The translations under genes and the position numbers were made by a program. From Fimicolochytrium jonesii (Eukaryota), in contig NW_026515668.1 in the NCBI RefSeq assembly GCF_025526975.1, positions 620,001-684,000 on the forward strand: a stretch of 64,000 nucleotides of DNA, in the 5' to 3' direction. Shown piece by piece: positions 1-14,896 of this stretch. Every line of letters starts with the position of its first letter. The first letter of the stretch is position 1. Under the pieces are notes generated by a model. The model saw only the letters and a program-made list of their open reading frames with translations, had not been told where the DNA came from and searched no databases.

Positions 1-121
1 TTGCAAGAATAGCCCTGTTACTGACGCAGCATGCATCTGAGAAGGGTTCTACATACATATCTATCGTGAAAGAGATTGCTAGAGTACTTGACGCCGTGGT
101 TCTCGTCAAACAGGGGTACGC

Positions 122-1410
122 TTAATTCCTGGCGTGGGTCCAAGACATGAGCATCTCGTACACCGCCATCACTGTGTATTTGCGATTCTCCGCTTCTTGG
201 AAGACAATGGATCGGTTTGGGTTGTAAAACACCTGGTTTTGGACAAGTGGAGGTCAGCCACGGCACTGTGTTGCAATATGCACCACCACGCAGGATGCGA
301 ACGCTCACCTCGTCATCCACCTCCTCAATCTTGCGCGGCAAGCAATGCATAAACTTCCAATCCGGCTTACCGCCCCCATCTTTCACCATCTTCTCAGTAA
401 TCCTAAACCCATCAAAATCCTTTATCCGCTTCGCCTTTTCGCTCTCTTGTCCCATTGACACCCACGTATCCGTGATGACAAAGTCGGCGTTGCGCACGGC
501 CTCCCGCGGGTCCTTTGTGAAGTGAACGGTGCCCTTCTCCGCCCCGCCCGTGGCTTCGCCAATGGCAAAGTTTACGACATCTGCGTCGCAGTTGTAACCT
601 TTCGGTGTAGCAACGGTGAGCTCGATGGGACCTAAACGCGGTAGCGAGACGAGAAGGGAGTGTATGATGTTGTTGGCGTCACCGATCCATGCTACCTTCA
701 ACGGCGGAAGGAGCGGTAAAGGTAGATCGGAGGAGGTGGGTTGAGTGAGGGCATTTGGCAGGCTAGACTCGTAGAGCGTCATGATGTCGGCGAGGGCTTG
801 AAGCGGGTGATATTTGGCGGTGAGCGCATTGATGACTGGGACGGAGGAATTCGCTGCGAGGATCTGTTTGATGTGAGAAGCTGCACTATAAGCCGGAGAC
901 AACATACATCAAGGAAGAGCATACCTCGATTTCCTCATGCCCTCCCATCCGGGCCAAAATCACGTCCACCATGCTGCTGACAACAATCGCCGTGTCTTTC
1001 AAGGGTTCCCCACCTCCGATCTGGATGTCTTCCTTCCCCAGAAACATCGAATGCCCTCCATAATAAGCCCAGCCGGTCTCTGCTGACACTCGCGTCCGCG
1101 TGCTGCGTTTCGTAAAGATCATCCCCATTGTGCGACCAGCCAGCGCCTGTTCCCTCGACCGCGCCTCGGACGGATGGCTGCGAATGAGTTGTTTCAGTTC
1201 CAGGGAGCGACGGATCAGCTGCAGGATTTGCGGCGTTGTAAAGTCTCGAAGCGTCAGAAAGTGTTTGGTGTTCGCGAAACTAGGGGACGCATGGGGCTCG
1301 TCGTAGTAGTTTAGGGAGGCTGCTGCTTGGGATAAAGGACGAAAGCGGACTGCTGTGCATGTCGCCTTCAAACATTCCACCGACTTTCGTGTTGCCACTC
1401 GGCCTATCAT
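122..1410 (-). CDS. ARG3: Ornithine carbamoyltransferase, probable mitochondrial presequence; 3 exons (1410-925, 863-309, 232-122)
   Basis: Motifs FTKRSTRTR (carbamoyl-phosphate binding), HPLQALAD, WIGDANN, TDTWVSMGQE, FMHCLPR, EAENRK; GT-AG introns restore one frame; Arg-rich N-terminus. Confidence 0.95.
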
Positions 1411-2487
1411 ATTGCTGGTGCTCCTTCTGGGATATTGGGTTGCGATGTCGTCTGCGAAAGTTCCCACGGTAGAAGAGGACCCAATGACGTGAGCACGTTG
1501 AAATGGGATAGCTCCCCATATACTATCGACACTGAGTCCACATACCTGTAAGACCTTTGCTATATATTACAGTATCTGGACGATGGCGGGTCGTCCGTCC
1601 GCAGCTCTGTCTTTATCAATGACGAGCTCTCAGTATACCGATGTCTCGGCCGTGCGTGGGGTCTTTTGAAGCGAATTTTGGGCGACGTTCCAAAGCGCGC
1701 GTCCCAATGACTCGATGATTATGGGGAGATGTGATTCATCGCATATTCGTCGGTCCTCATATCCATTTGCTTGAGTTGCTGTTGCAAAAGGTTGCGAGGA
1801 TGGATTCCCCACACATTATTGCATGTAAGCGGTCACCCTGATGAGGGTGGGGAGTGGGGGCGACGAGGAAGGATGATGTTCCAAGTCCAAGATCATCCTT
1901 CCCTTCCGAAAGCAAACCGTCGACTTTGAATGACAGGAAATGTTCAATGTTCTTTGATTAGTTCCATCTCCTACCCCTGAGAGTGAGACTCTCGGGCATC
2001 ATATTGACTATGCTACAGTATGTCGCTGTTGCATTAGGCATCTGTGCCTTTCCTGTGGAGCCTACCCATGGTGGTGGCAATGGATGATGGTCTGGGCAAG
2101 TTGCCAACGCCTTTTCGACAGCGGAGGAGCCACAGCGGCCACTCGCGCGCGTGCCCGTGCCTCATTTGGTGGCCTGCTGCTCTGCTGCTGATTTGCTCTC
2201 CACCGGGATCCCGCCCCCAAAACTGGTTTCGGTACGTATTTGGCCGCAGGTTTCGCCTCGTGGACGACAGAATCAACGCAATTGCGGAGGCTAAAGAGAC
2301 CAAGTCAAACGAGTTTCTTCTTCACCGTGCGAGTACCATGTTGGTACGGCCCTGAACTCTGAGAACCAGCGAAGTCGGACTTATCGGAGCGCAGCTCAAA
2401 GGCTTGGCATAATTCACCCGCGAACCTACTAACTCGGCGACACACCGACAACAGAGTTCAGAGGATAGCGAAAGGAAACGACGCTCT

Positions 2488-3268
2488 ATGAGACTCCGCA
2501 CATTTAGCGGGCCCTCACGGGTCCTGCAGGTTATTGCGCTGCTTTTCGGTAAGGACTCAAAGCTGAGGCCCATTCTCGCCGGTCGTCCCGAAGGTGCTAA
2601 CATCTTTCCCCGTTTTCTCAGCACTGGGTCTGCAAGTTCCCACAATCCTCGCCGGCAACCTGACACTATCCTGCCACCCCCACATCTGTCCTGCCTCCAT
2701 CCGCTACAACGACACCGTCACGATAACGGCCGCCTGGACGCCAACCACCCCCAACACCGTCCTCCAAAGCGTCGCCCTCTCCTACAGTCTCTACTACGTC
2801 CTCCCCAACACCACCAAAGGCACAACCCCACATACCATCTCATATACCGGCCCGTTCCAACTGAAAGTCGAAGGATCAAACAACCTCACCTTGTCTGTCT
2901 CACCCCGTACGCAGCTGAATATGACGCAGCCGCTGCCTGTCCCGGCGGTGATGAAGGTGACTGTGCAACTGAGGGAGAACAACGAACATGATGGGACATT
3001 TGCAGGGGGTGGGTTGCTTGACGGACCGATCATGGTGGTGCGGAGCGCAAATGGGTCGGTGTTTGCGCCCCCGACGCCGAAAACGATTACCGAGACGTCG
3101 ACGGTATCTGCGGCCGCCCAGGCTACACAACCAGTCACCGCTGCTGGACCGGCGCCTACGCCGAAGACGGTGGTGGTGGTGAAGAACAGCGGTGGGGTAG
3201 AGAGAGCCTGGGCGCCGGTCGCTTTCATGGTCCTTCCCGTCACTACGTTGTTTGCACTGGCGCTGTGA
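2488..3268 (+). CDS. Putative secreted/GPI-anchored cell-surface protein of unknown function; 2 exons (2488-2548, 2622-3268)
   Basis: Intron gtaagg...gctaac...tctcag joins MRLRTF..IALLF to ALGLQVPTILAG (signal-peptide-like); beta-rich domain, Thr/Pro/Ala stalk, C-terminal NSG followed by hydrophobic tail (GPI-signal-like). Confidence 0.7.
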
Positions 3269-3604
3269 TTTCTGTGATTCTTGTTCTGTGCTCTTTTTGG
3301 AGGACTTTCTATGACTTTGATTTTTCGAGGGACTTTCTCGATTCCTTTGAGGAATTTGGCGTATATACCGACGTTTTGTTGCTTCATAGACCCTAGACAC
3401 TTTCACCATCTGTAGAAACTTTCTCTCCGTAGCATTGTGATGTGTATTTACAGTGCAAAATTTATCGAAAATCGCTCGATGCCACAGATACGCCGCATGG
3501 GATATGATATGGGGTTGGTATCTGAAGAGACGGCCGTTATGCTACGAAGTAGATCTAGAAACGGACCTAAAAAGCAAGCCTCATTCTGCCGCATGGGAAA
3601 CCCC

Positions 3605-5584
3605 CTAATCCAGCTCCAGATTGCCCAAAAGCTGGCCAACATCTCCAGTCTCCACCGGTCGATCTTTCAACAACTCCGGCTTGACCATCTTCGAATACCC
3701 TACCGTATGCCCAATCACCAGAACAGCCGGTCCACTGACCCTCCTCCTCTCCACCTCCTTATGAATCGTCTCCAACGTCGCATCCAGCCTCCTCTCCCCG
3801 CCGCCTGCGTTGCCCCAGCAGCCTTTTTCCACGACCGCTGCAGGGACGTCTTTGGGGTACCCCGCGGCCAAGAGTAGCTCGACGACCGTGGTTAAGTTCC
3901 CGACGGCGTTGAGCACCACGGTGGTTCGCTTGTCGTAGTAATGTGGTACATGGGAGAGTTTGGTATTCTCTGCGCCTCCAGAGAGCACAACGATTTGGTC
4001 CGCCAGTCCGCGATGCGTGAGGGGTATGAACGCGTTGGCCGTGACTGCCGTCGCAGCAGTCAACCCCGGCACGATGGTCGGCTCGTACCCATTGTCACGG
4101 AACGCCTTAACCTCCTCTGCGCCCCTCGCAAACACAAACGGATCGCCGACATACAACCTCACAACCTCCTTCCCCCTCGCCAGCGCCTTCAGACACGTAT
4201 CGAGCGCCTCTTCCTGAAACTTGGCCTTGGTCTTCGGGTGGTACGAGAACGGCGGGATGTGCAACTTTTTGTGCGGAACCAGCGCAAGCACCTGGGAATG
4301 GACGTCGGGGTCTGCGATGACGAGGTCGGCTTTGCGGAGATGTTCGAGGGCGCGGAGGGTGAGGAGGTCGGCGGGGCCGGGGCCGGCGCCGATGAGGGTG
4401 ATGAAGCCGCGGGGTTGGAGGGCGATGTAGATGGGGAGGGGGAAGAGGTGGAGGCTTTTGCGAGTGAGGTGGGATAGGGGGTCGGGGAGGATGCGGAGAC
4501 CACTTTCGATGACTAGAGACGAACGTTGTTCAGGTCAAGGAGATCTTGTCATCCTCCAGCGCTGATAACAGTACATACCGTCCTCCATACGCTCCTTTGC
4601 GTGATGCACATACGCTGAACCCCTGTCCTTCACCGCACGCACATACGTCGATGTGATGTCCAGCGTCTGATCCTTGATGCTCGATGCCGTGTGTACAGTT
4701 CCAACAACCGTCGACGTCGTCATGTTATACGCGCTTCCAGACGCCGACGCAACAAGATCCAATACGCCTCCGACAAGCGGGAGTGAATGCGCCATCGACA
4801 CTATGCTCCTTTCCGGTCGTTGAGATTTCATCACTTCATGCGCATTCTTACTGCTCTTGTTTGGCAAATCGAATTTGTTCAGGTGCACGGCTTTGCTTCC
4901 CTGAAATTTCTGCCCACCGCCATCCGACAAGCCCAAAATCTGCTTATCATCCGCCTTCAGTATCTCCTCACACAAAGACTTCCCCCACTGTTTCGCCAAT
5001 GTCTCCAGTTTCCGATCCACAGCCTCGGGATCCGTCTCCGTCTCCAGCAGCTTTTCCCTCAGCGCGCTAAACCTAGCCAGCATCGCGTCCTCGCAGTTGG
5101 GTATTTCGCGTCCTACAGCCAGTCTCAGCTCGTCGCCTTTGCGCGCCGGACTTGTAGGCACCTCGCCCGCGACGCCATCCGCCGCTTCGACGGATAAGTC
5201 ATGCCGTTGGTCAGCTATGTGGAAATCCGATAGGTCCGGATGGGCTAAGCAATCGACCGGGATCTGTTTCGTTTTACTCAGCTTGATGATCTTGCCCGCC
5301 TCAACGCGATCATCCAAACAGCACAAAACAAAATCCACCCCTCGTAAATCCCCAGCCTTCAAAGAGCCTGGAATAAACGTCACCTCTTCCCCGGATATCG
5401 GCTCAAGAACGGCATCTGGTTCGAGTATGCGTGCGAGGTAGAGCAGTGTGGACGGTGGGTGCGGGCCTGTGAGCGCGCGAACGACTTCTTCTCGCGCCTT
5501 GGAGCCGGAGCCGACGACCAGCGCGGTTTTGTTTGAGGCAAGGCGGGTGCGGACTAGACGGCAGGGCTCTTTTGCTGCTGCCAT
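3605..5584 (-). CDS. MET1: Uroporphyrinogen-III C-methyltransferase / siroheme synthase (MET1/CysG-like), divergent; 2 exons (5584-4579, 4512-3605)
   Basis: N-terminal Rossmann-like ALVVGSG of the CysG dehydrogenase-type module; after the intron GFITLIGAGPGPADLLTLRA, then GDPFVFARGAEE, IVPGLTAA, IPLTHRG, P.AVVEKG, PAVLVIG of tetrapyrrole methylases. Confidence 0.8.
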
Positions 5585-6187
5585 ACTTTCTGAGGAAAAG
5601 ATGAGGGCTCGACACAGATGCTTTTGGTTTCAGAGGTCTTCCGTCCTGGGCAATCTTCGAGTCTCAAAGGAAGGTGCTGATCACATCTGTTGTGTCACTA
5701 CATGGCTACATAATGGGCAGGTCACGTGACTCGACCAAGCCAGCGGGCGTTGCAGCTAGGAAATCGGCGCAAGATGACAGAGTTCTGTTGCGGATCGTCC
5801 GGCATCAGGCGTGCGAGGTGATAGAGACAGTGCGGCGGGTTAGTACTGTTAGGCCTGCTTTGAAAGAGATCGGTTGCTTAAACAGGAGGGACCGTCTCAC
5901 GCAAAAGCTCCATATGTGTCACGGAAATGAGTCTCAATGGTGTTTTTCGGAACAGATGCGTAGCCTGTCATCGGGCAGGACGTACATACCAAATAAGGAC
6001 CAGTCCCCCTTAAGTAGATGGGCATATGTGCCTTTTGTGAGGAAGTGAGGCTTGAAGTTGAAAGCGAGACGGCGACGGCGGACGTCTCGACGCGTTGCTG
6101 CTCGCTTGCACTTGTTTTGGCTCCCCTCAGAAACGGCCACACATCACCGAGTGATCGTCCCGAAGACCGTCCCAGGACCAACGTATA

Positions 6188-7728
6188 ATGCGTTCCTCAT
6201 CCTCACTATTCTCGTTAGCGTTGTGCCTGGCACTGTGTTCCTCATATGTCCAGGCTCTGTACTTTTACCTAGAGGGCTCCAAGGAACGATGTTTTTATGA
6301 GGAGCTGCCAGCCGAGACGACTGTTGTCGGTGAGTATTTTGGCTGGGATGGAGGGTTGGAGGAGGCACATGGTGCGGGTTTGGCAAGCGATAAGCCGTCG
6401 GATTTGCCACAAGCACAGGCAGTGTAGCTTCGTCGGGCTGTATTAGGTGAGAACATCTGACAACAACCAGACTGAATGCCCGACCATTCAATAGGCAACT
6501 ACAAGTCCGAAGAAGCGAACCCCACAAACGGCCAATTCGTCGTCAACCCCGAACGCGGGATCCAAATCAACGTAGAGGTGAGTTTTCCTTATACCCAGCT
6601 ACGGAACCAATCAAAGCTTGTTCTCACCGACGACTTTCCCTGGCGATCAAATAGCAAACGGATAGACGCCACAATGTCATCAACGTCCGCGGAGACCATG
6701 CAGGGAAATTCGTGTTTTCGAGTGCTGATGCGGGAGAGTATTCGATATGCTTGTAAGTCTGGACTCCGGATGAGGTGGGAGCGATGCAGAGGAACAGCGG
6801 GAGGATGTACACCGGGACTTGAGGGTTGCTGATGAGGACCTGAGGGTGACTACACGGGATGAGCTGGCAGGCTGGACAAGGGAGATTATCATGCACCTGA
6901 TTTGTCCGTCCGTCGAAATGTTTGGCGATGTACGGATGAGAGATAAATGAGAGCCACGGGAGAGGGTTGTTGGATATCCGCATTCTGAGCCGAATTGGGG
7001 TTGAAGACACATGAGTCGATGGGCTTGGCCGACATGTTTACGCTTCCCATGGAGTGGTTTCCAAGCCTTTGGCCGGACCCGGAAGGCAGTGGTGGCGACA
7101 GCATCTGGACCTGACCATTAAACTTCATTCCTAAACTCACAGACACGCCGTCTCATCCGGATGGTTTTCCTCCGCCTCCCGAACGGTCAGTTCTCTGCCC
7201 TTTGATGGTACCACCGCAAGGGATGCATCGAGCAATATTCTGCTGACCGTTTCTTCCTTCACAGAGATTGCACATCGACCTGATGTTCGGTGAAGCCACG
7301 CACGAAGACCAGCCAGAGCTCAAAAAGGAGTCGCTAAGCGGTGAGTGCTCCCACCTTCCCTTCTCCTTTTCAACCGCAAGTCAATCTTAATCATGCAACC
7401 CCATTCCATGACACTCCAGACCTAGCCCTCCGCCTCCGCGACCTTAACCAAAAAGTCGCCAACGTGCGCCGCGAGCAGCAGTACCAGAAGGAGCGGGAAG
7501 CCGAGTTCCGCAACACCAGCGAAGCTGCCAACTCGCATGTCCGGACCTGGACAATCGCGCAGGTCGTTGTCATGGGAATCACATGTGCGTGGCAGATTCA
7601 GCATTTGAGGAGGTTCTTTGTGGCTAAGAAGCTGGGTATGTCATTTCGGGGTTTGACGCAGTTGGAGGTGGTTTGAGGTGCTTGTTCAAGGCTTCATGGG
7701 CTAACGAAGTTGTTTGGCTGCAGTATGA
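6188..7728 (+). CDS. p24/emp24/gp25L GOLD-domain cargo receptor (p24-alpha, TMED9/Erp1-like); about 7 exons
   Basis: Signal peptide, ALYFYLEG..ERCFYEELP, GKFVFSS..AGEYSIC, REAEFRNTSE..NS, TM helix, C-terminal FFVAKKLV completed by a 5-nt last coding exon (7724-7728). Confidence 0.92.
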
Positions 7729-8168
7729 AAGCGACGGCGTCCACCTCACCATGCCTCATCCGACAAGCCCAGGGACTCCTACGTTTGCACAACTTTTGTT
7801 GGGGGATCGCCGATATGGGACATCGCTTCATTCTGACCACTCAATCCATCCTACGTATCGACCACACTTTGGAAGGACCGGAAAGATAATATATTCTCCA
7901 ATCCATGAAAATGAAAGGACAAAGACGGAAGAAAAGAAAGGAGTGAAGTTCGGCGGCCAGAGCCCCGTATCTATATACATAGTTCGTTGCGTTGGTTGAC
8001 CACCGGCCCAAAATTAAAAGGGGGGCCCCGACCGGTGAGGCAAAGGAACAGCTTGTGTACATGACAGAGACAGGTTGGGATTTTTTTGGAGTTCGCGGCA
8101 CGAACAGGGAACATGAGGTAAAACAACGGTGGTTTGGGTGGTGGGAATTTGTCCTGGTAAAACTTTTG

Positions 8169-9889
<1,721 letters not shown>

Positions 9890-12131
9890 TTTGAAAGATG
9901 TTGGGCGCGTTCAGGCTATGGACTGGGAAAAGGATTGTTGCTTTGAGTTACTTTGACAGCTGATGCGAATGGCCGCTAAACGGTAGGGTACGCTTCCTCG
10001 TACGCACTGTTGTCTGAGTTTGATGTGGAGGTGGACGAGAATATCGAATTCGTGCGGAAAAAAGAGAGTTCCCACCACGTATAGGTAATCGGCGGCGACC
10101 GGGACACGAAAACGAGGAGTCCAGGGAGGAGATCGAACTTCTGCAGCAGAATGCCAACTGCTTTCGGTGTGGGAGTGGGCTGGGAGTTGTTGAACGTCTG
10201 GTTGGAACTGTGAGCTGCGGAGGGAAATGCTGCCGTGGTTCCTCTTTGGCCTTGTCTGTTAGCCTCTTCTGGAAGCCCCTCAACTCGAGCGAAGCATCGG
10301 AGGGAGGCATTTGCATCAGGGCTGTGCCTTTGTCGTCGGGGGAAGGAACTTGTTTAGGAGTTGGTCTTGCAAAAATACGCATGGCAAATCATTTTTCTTA
10401 AGCGGGGACCCATTTTCTCTCCTTCCGATCCTTAATCGAAACGGTGTTTGAGTTTGTTGGCTCTTCGCATCGATACCAAATATTCGGAACATGAGCCTGA
10501 CGTAACCCTCTGAAGATCCCCAAAAGCGAACCTGTCGAATGCATCATGCAATGGCATGTGGACCCTCTGATGAAGCGGCATTTCAGAGAAGAGCCGTAAA
10601 CTTGAACAGTCACTAAAATAAAGTCGGAAACCCGAGTTCCGTGCAAAGTGGGTTCAAACTTCAACCCCACCATTAAATGCCCATTTTGTTTATGCACGTG
10701 GTGGGGAAGCATTTGTCCCGATATGGTAAGTAGACGAAGCTGAAGTTGACTGCTTCGGCAGAACGTCAACGGGCCGAGGACAGAAAAATGGAGGTAAGGC
10801 TATATCCTTCCAGTGTTCACCTTGGTTGATAAATACTAGCCTGGACTCGCACATTCCCTAGCCTCCACCAGCGCGGCCTGCCCTGGCAAGGTCCGTGCGG
10901 TTATTCCATAAGAAAAGAGTGCGACAGCAGCTGTAAAGCGAAAGCCCACGCGATGCTCTCAAGCGTTCCAAGCGTTCCCCTGGAGATGTCCATCTATCCC
11001 CATCGTCCATGGACGACAACTGTCTATTGCCGCGGACTGTCCGAGCTTGGAATTGTAATGGGACTTGCGCTACTTATGCTGTTCGTACTGTACATCCGGT
11101 ATTTGGCTGGAGTAATTGCTCAAGCCACGCACGAAACCGGAAATTGGAACTTTCATGCCCCAACATATTACTTCTCGGTTTGCCGGTATATTTAGGACGT
11201 GTCCCATGATCCAGACTCTAAAAGCTGATGACCACCCGCCGGGACCCAAAGATGAGGCTTTCGTCAAAACCAGTACTTGTTTCTAACTGGTCCTACTGTT
11301 GTGAATCGTGTTGTTTATGTTCTTTTGATGTGGCCAGAACGAGGTGTCGTACAGCACAGTACTGTACGTCTAATAATACCATTACCGGTCACCAAACGCC
11401 CATCCTGGTTCCGCATGAGGGCTCTCAGAGGTCAGAGCTCCCTGGCTTTCGCTTTCATTATGTGTTGTCTGGCGGGTGTTTGAAGTGTGTGTATGATGAC
11501 GGTGACCAATTGTGACCAGCCCTATTCACGGTCTACTCTTGATTGATGAGATCCCTCGCTTCCTTCCCTCCGCTCCGCGAACACGAAGCCTTTTTGCCCA
11601 GAAAGCCTTTTTTTTTTATCTTCGCACCCAAATATTGCACGCACGCTGCATCCTCAACGCAGAGCCATCCGAATAGTAACGGTCCTGTCTTGCATTGACC
11701 CAAACCTCACCTACTCACCCACAGCCAAAACGGCCAGCGCGCCGCCACCTGGTTAACCGAACTCGGCGTGGCGCCAATAACGGAAACGCACACCTTCAGA
11801 AACAACCGTTTTTGGCTGTGGAACAAACCTAACGGCAGCAATTTTTCCAGAGGACAGGTTCTTTGAGCACAGGATAGAAATTGAGTTTCTAGAATACGGC
11901 TGGAGAACGTCCGAGAAATAAAGGGCGTCGGCATACCATCGAAACGTGTCTCGCCGCAATTCCGTCCTTTCGAACAGCAGCATCTTGTGGCGAAGGACCC
12001 CTTACGCCTCGCCGCCCTCTTACGCTCAACTCGGGCGGGCCGTATTAGGGCCACTGTTACCATTCACAACACTCGACTCTCAAATATCTATTGCGCTGTC
12101 GAACTCGTTACCAGACGCACTGCAGTCTGAG

Positions 12132-12276
12132 GTGAGTAGATAGGACTATCAAAAGGTCCATTGACCGGGCTCCACCAGCGTTGGCTGCGGAATGACGCCG
12201 AATTTGAGCGGTGTTTCGAAGGGTTTTGAAGGTCCAGTCTGACTCGTGTTTTTTTTTTTTGATTTTGTGCTTGTAG
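12132..12276 (+). other. Probable 5'-UTR intron of the G-alpha gene
   Basis: gag|gtgagt donor, ctgac branch point, poly-T tract and ttgtag acceptor about 85 nt upstream of the ATG at 12362. Confidence 0.45.
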
Positions 12277-12361
12277 CGAACATCGGCATTTTTCGATCTT
12301 GTGATTACACTCTACGCCCCACCACTCATCTTCCGCCACTTGACTCGGCGAGTCCCGGAAA

Positions 12362-13954
12362 ATGGGGATCTGTACGAGTAAAGAGGAGGAGGTGCCAACA
12401 GAAGCATCGATGGCTATCGACCGGGGAATTGAGGAGCATTCGAAACGGTTGAAGAAGGAATGCAAGATTTTGCTGCTCGGTCAGTACCGTATTTCGTGGA
12501 AAGGTGCATTTAAGGGACAGCATCCTGATGTTTCGACTAGGTGGTGGTGAATCCGGGAAGTCAACAATCGTCAAGCAAATGAAGATCATCCATCAGGATG
12601 GGTATACGCGGGACGAACTGATGACCTTCCAAGGGCCAATCTTCAAAAATGTGCTCGATAGCATACAGGCCCTGGTTGCCGCAATATCCACGTTCGAACT
12701 GAAGTACGAGTCGCCCGAAGTACAGGTATGTGGTTTTTCTTACGAAAATTTTGTAAGTGGTTTTACTGTGGACTAAACAGGTATTTTCCCAGGCGATGGC
12801 AGATAAAGTCGCTGCCCTTGGAAGTGACTACAAACTGGATTCGGAAATTGCGGATGCAATCTTCGCGATAGCCAGAGATCCTGCAGCAGTAACGGCACTG
12901 GAAAGGTCGAACGAATTTTACATCATAGATTCCGCATCGTAGTAAGTAATCCCAGCGCCAGCAAGCTTCTACCGGCGGGACAGTGAATGACAAAATTCTG
13001 TTTTGCAGCTTCTTTGCGGAAGTGAAGCGAATAGGGGCAGAGGACTACTGCCCAACGGAACAGGATGTTCTTCGAGCCCGTGTCAAGACCACAGGTATTA
13101 CGGAGACACGCTTCAACATGGGGCAGTTATCAATACAGTGAGTAGTCCCCAGCTCAGTCGCTTCGTAGTTTGCGTTTGCTTACCGCTTCCTTACATTTCC
13201 TTTTAGCATGTTCGATGTGGGCGGGCAGCGATCAGAGAGACGGAAGTGGATTCACTGCTTCGAGGCCGTGACATCGATCATCTTTTGTGTCGCGCTGTCA
13301 GAGTATGATCAAGTGCTGCTTGAAGAATCACAGCAGGTAGGATGAATATTGCCGCAAACAAATGATTCTCTGGGCGGTCGACTTACATTGTTCTCCGACA
13401 GAATCGAATGGCGGAGAGCTTGATCCTCTTCGAATCCGTAATAAATAGTCGATGGTTCTTAAGAACATCTATCATCTTGTTCTTGAACAAGATCGACTTG
13501 TTCAAGATCAAACTCGCCAGAAATCCATTAGAGAAGTACTTTCCTGAGTACAAAGGTTTGTATCCTCGGGTTAGATGGTCTGTGTATTTCTTATAGGAGG
13601 CTTATCCTTTCGATATTCCTTTTAGGCGGCCCGGATGTGAACAAGGCGGCCAAATTTATTTTATGGAGGTTCACTCAAACAAATCGGGCAAGGCTGAATA
13701 TTTATCCTCAGTAAGTCGCGAACAGGCAGATTCAGATACTTAATCTCAATCTCATTCTGCGCTCTGCTCTCTCCAGTCTGACGCAAGCCACTGACACTTC
13801 CAACATCCGGCTCGTTTTCGCGGCCGTGAAAGTGACGATATTACAAAATGCGCTGAAGGATTCGGTATGTTCTGCTTGTTCAACTATGATTAGAGCTTCC
13901 ATGGCGAACGACGAACTAAACTTCTTTTCCATCACAATTCAGGGCATCATGTGA
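12362..13954 (+). CDS. Heterotrimeric G-protein alpha subunit, fungal group III-like (cAMP pathway type), multi-exon
   Basis: MGICTS myristoylation/palmitoylation start, [52 protein letters not shown]-terminal LKDSGIM. Confidence 0.95.
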
Positions 13955-14896
13955 GCGAGCCCCGTCTGCGTCAACACTCGGAAGAGAGCATTTTGGCAGC
14001 CGGAAACTTCGAGGGGAATACCTTGTCGCGGAAAACCCGGAACCAGCTTTGCGGGAAATCCCCGAAGCAGCATTTTGGCAATCAAAGGATTTTGACACCC
14101 CCTCGCATACACTCCATCGTGCATTCGCCACCGAAGAACCAACCCATAGAATTGAAAGAACGCCCTGCGACCTCTCAGGAGACCCCCAAAAAGGCGCCAC
14201 TGACACTACCCCATTTCCATTTGACTTTTGGACGAAAAAAAAAGAAAAAAGCCCCAAACGCCTGCACATCGTCAACACCTCTCTTTTTGGATGTACATAG
14301 AGACATTTTGCCTCCCAGTCTGTCAAACCCCCGTCGCTTCCGACCTTCCTTCTCGCCTTCTTTCTCTCGCTTTCCTCATTCCCTCTCTTCCCTTTCGATT
14401 ATATATAGATTTTAATCCTTAATGGTGACGAGTGTTTGTTTGTTCGACTGGTACGACTTCGGCGAGGGTGATTCGAACATGGTTTGACATGGGCATTTTC
14501 ATTGGGGTGCTCTCTTCGGAACACGCCGTTGGTCTCATATCGAGAAACTCTACAGATCATCATATCGTTTTCCGGGCCCTTTCCAGCCAAATCTTCGGCG
14601 CTCCTGACAGGAGCCCGACGCTGAGGCCATTTATGCTTCTATCCTGCTAATGCCTCTTCACTCTCCAGTAGCTATGGCAGAGACTAATGAATAGTGTATG
14701 GCTCCTGGGTCGCTCCATAGCATCGTCAAAGACTCCACTCATATAAAACAATCCCGTCAGTAACAGCGATGCCTCCATTTGCCAGGAGGTTGCCCGCACC
14801 ACGCAGTTCAACGTCGTTTGCATCTCCGCGTGCTCATGTCGTCTAGTATAAGTCGAAACGACAACGTCCCCGTCGAAAATCGGCTCATCAACCCTT

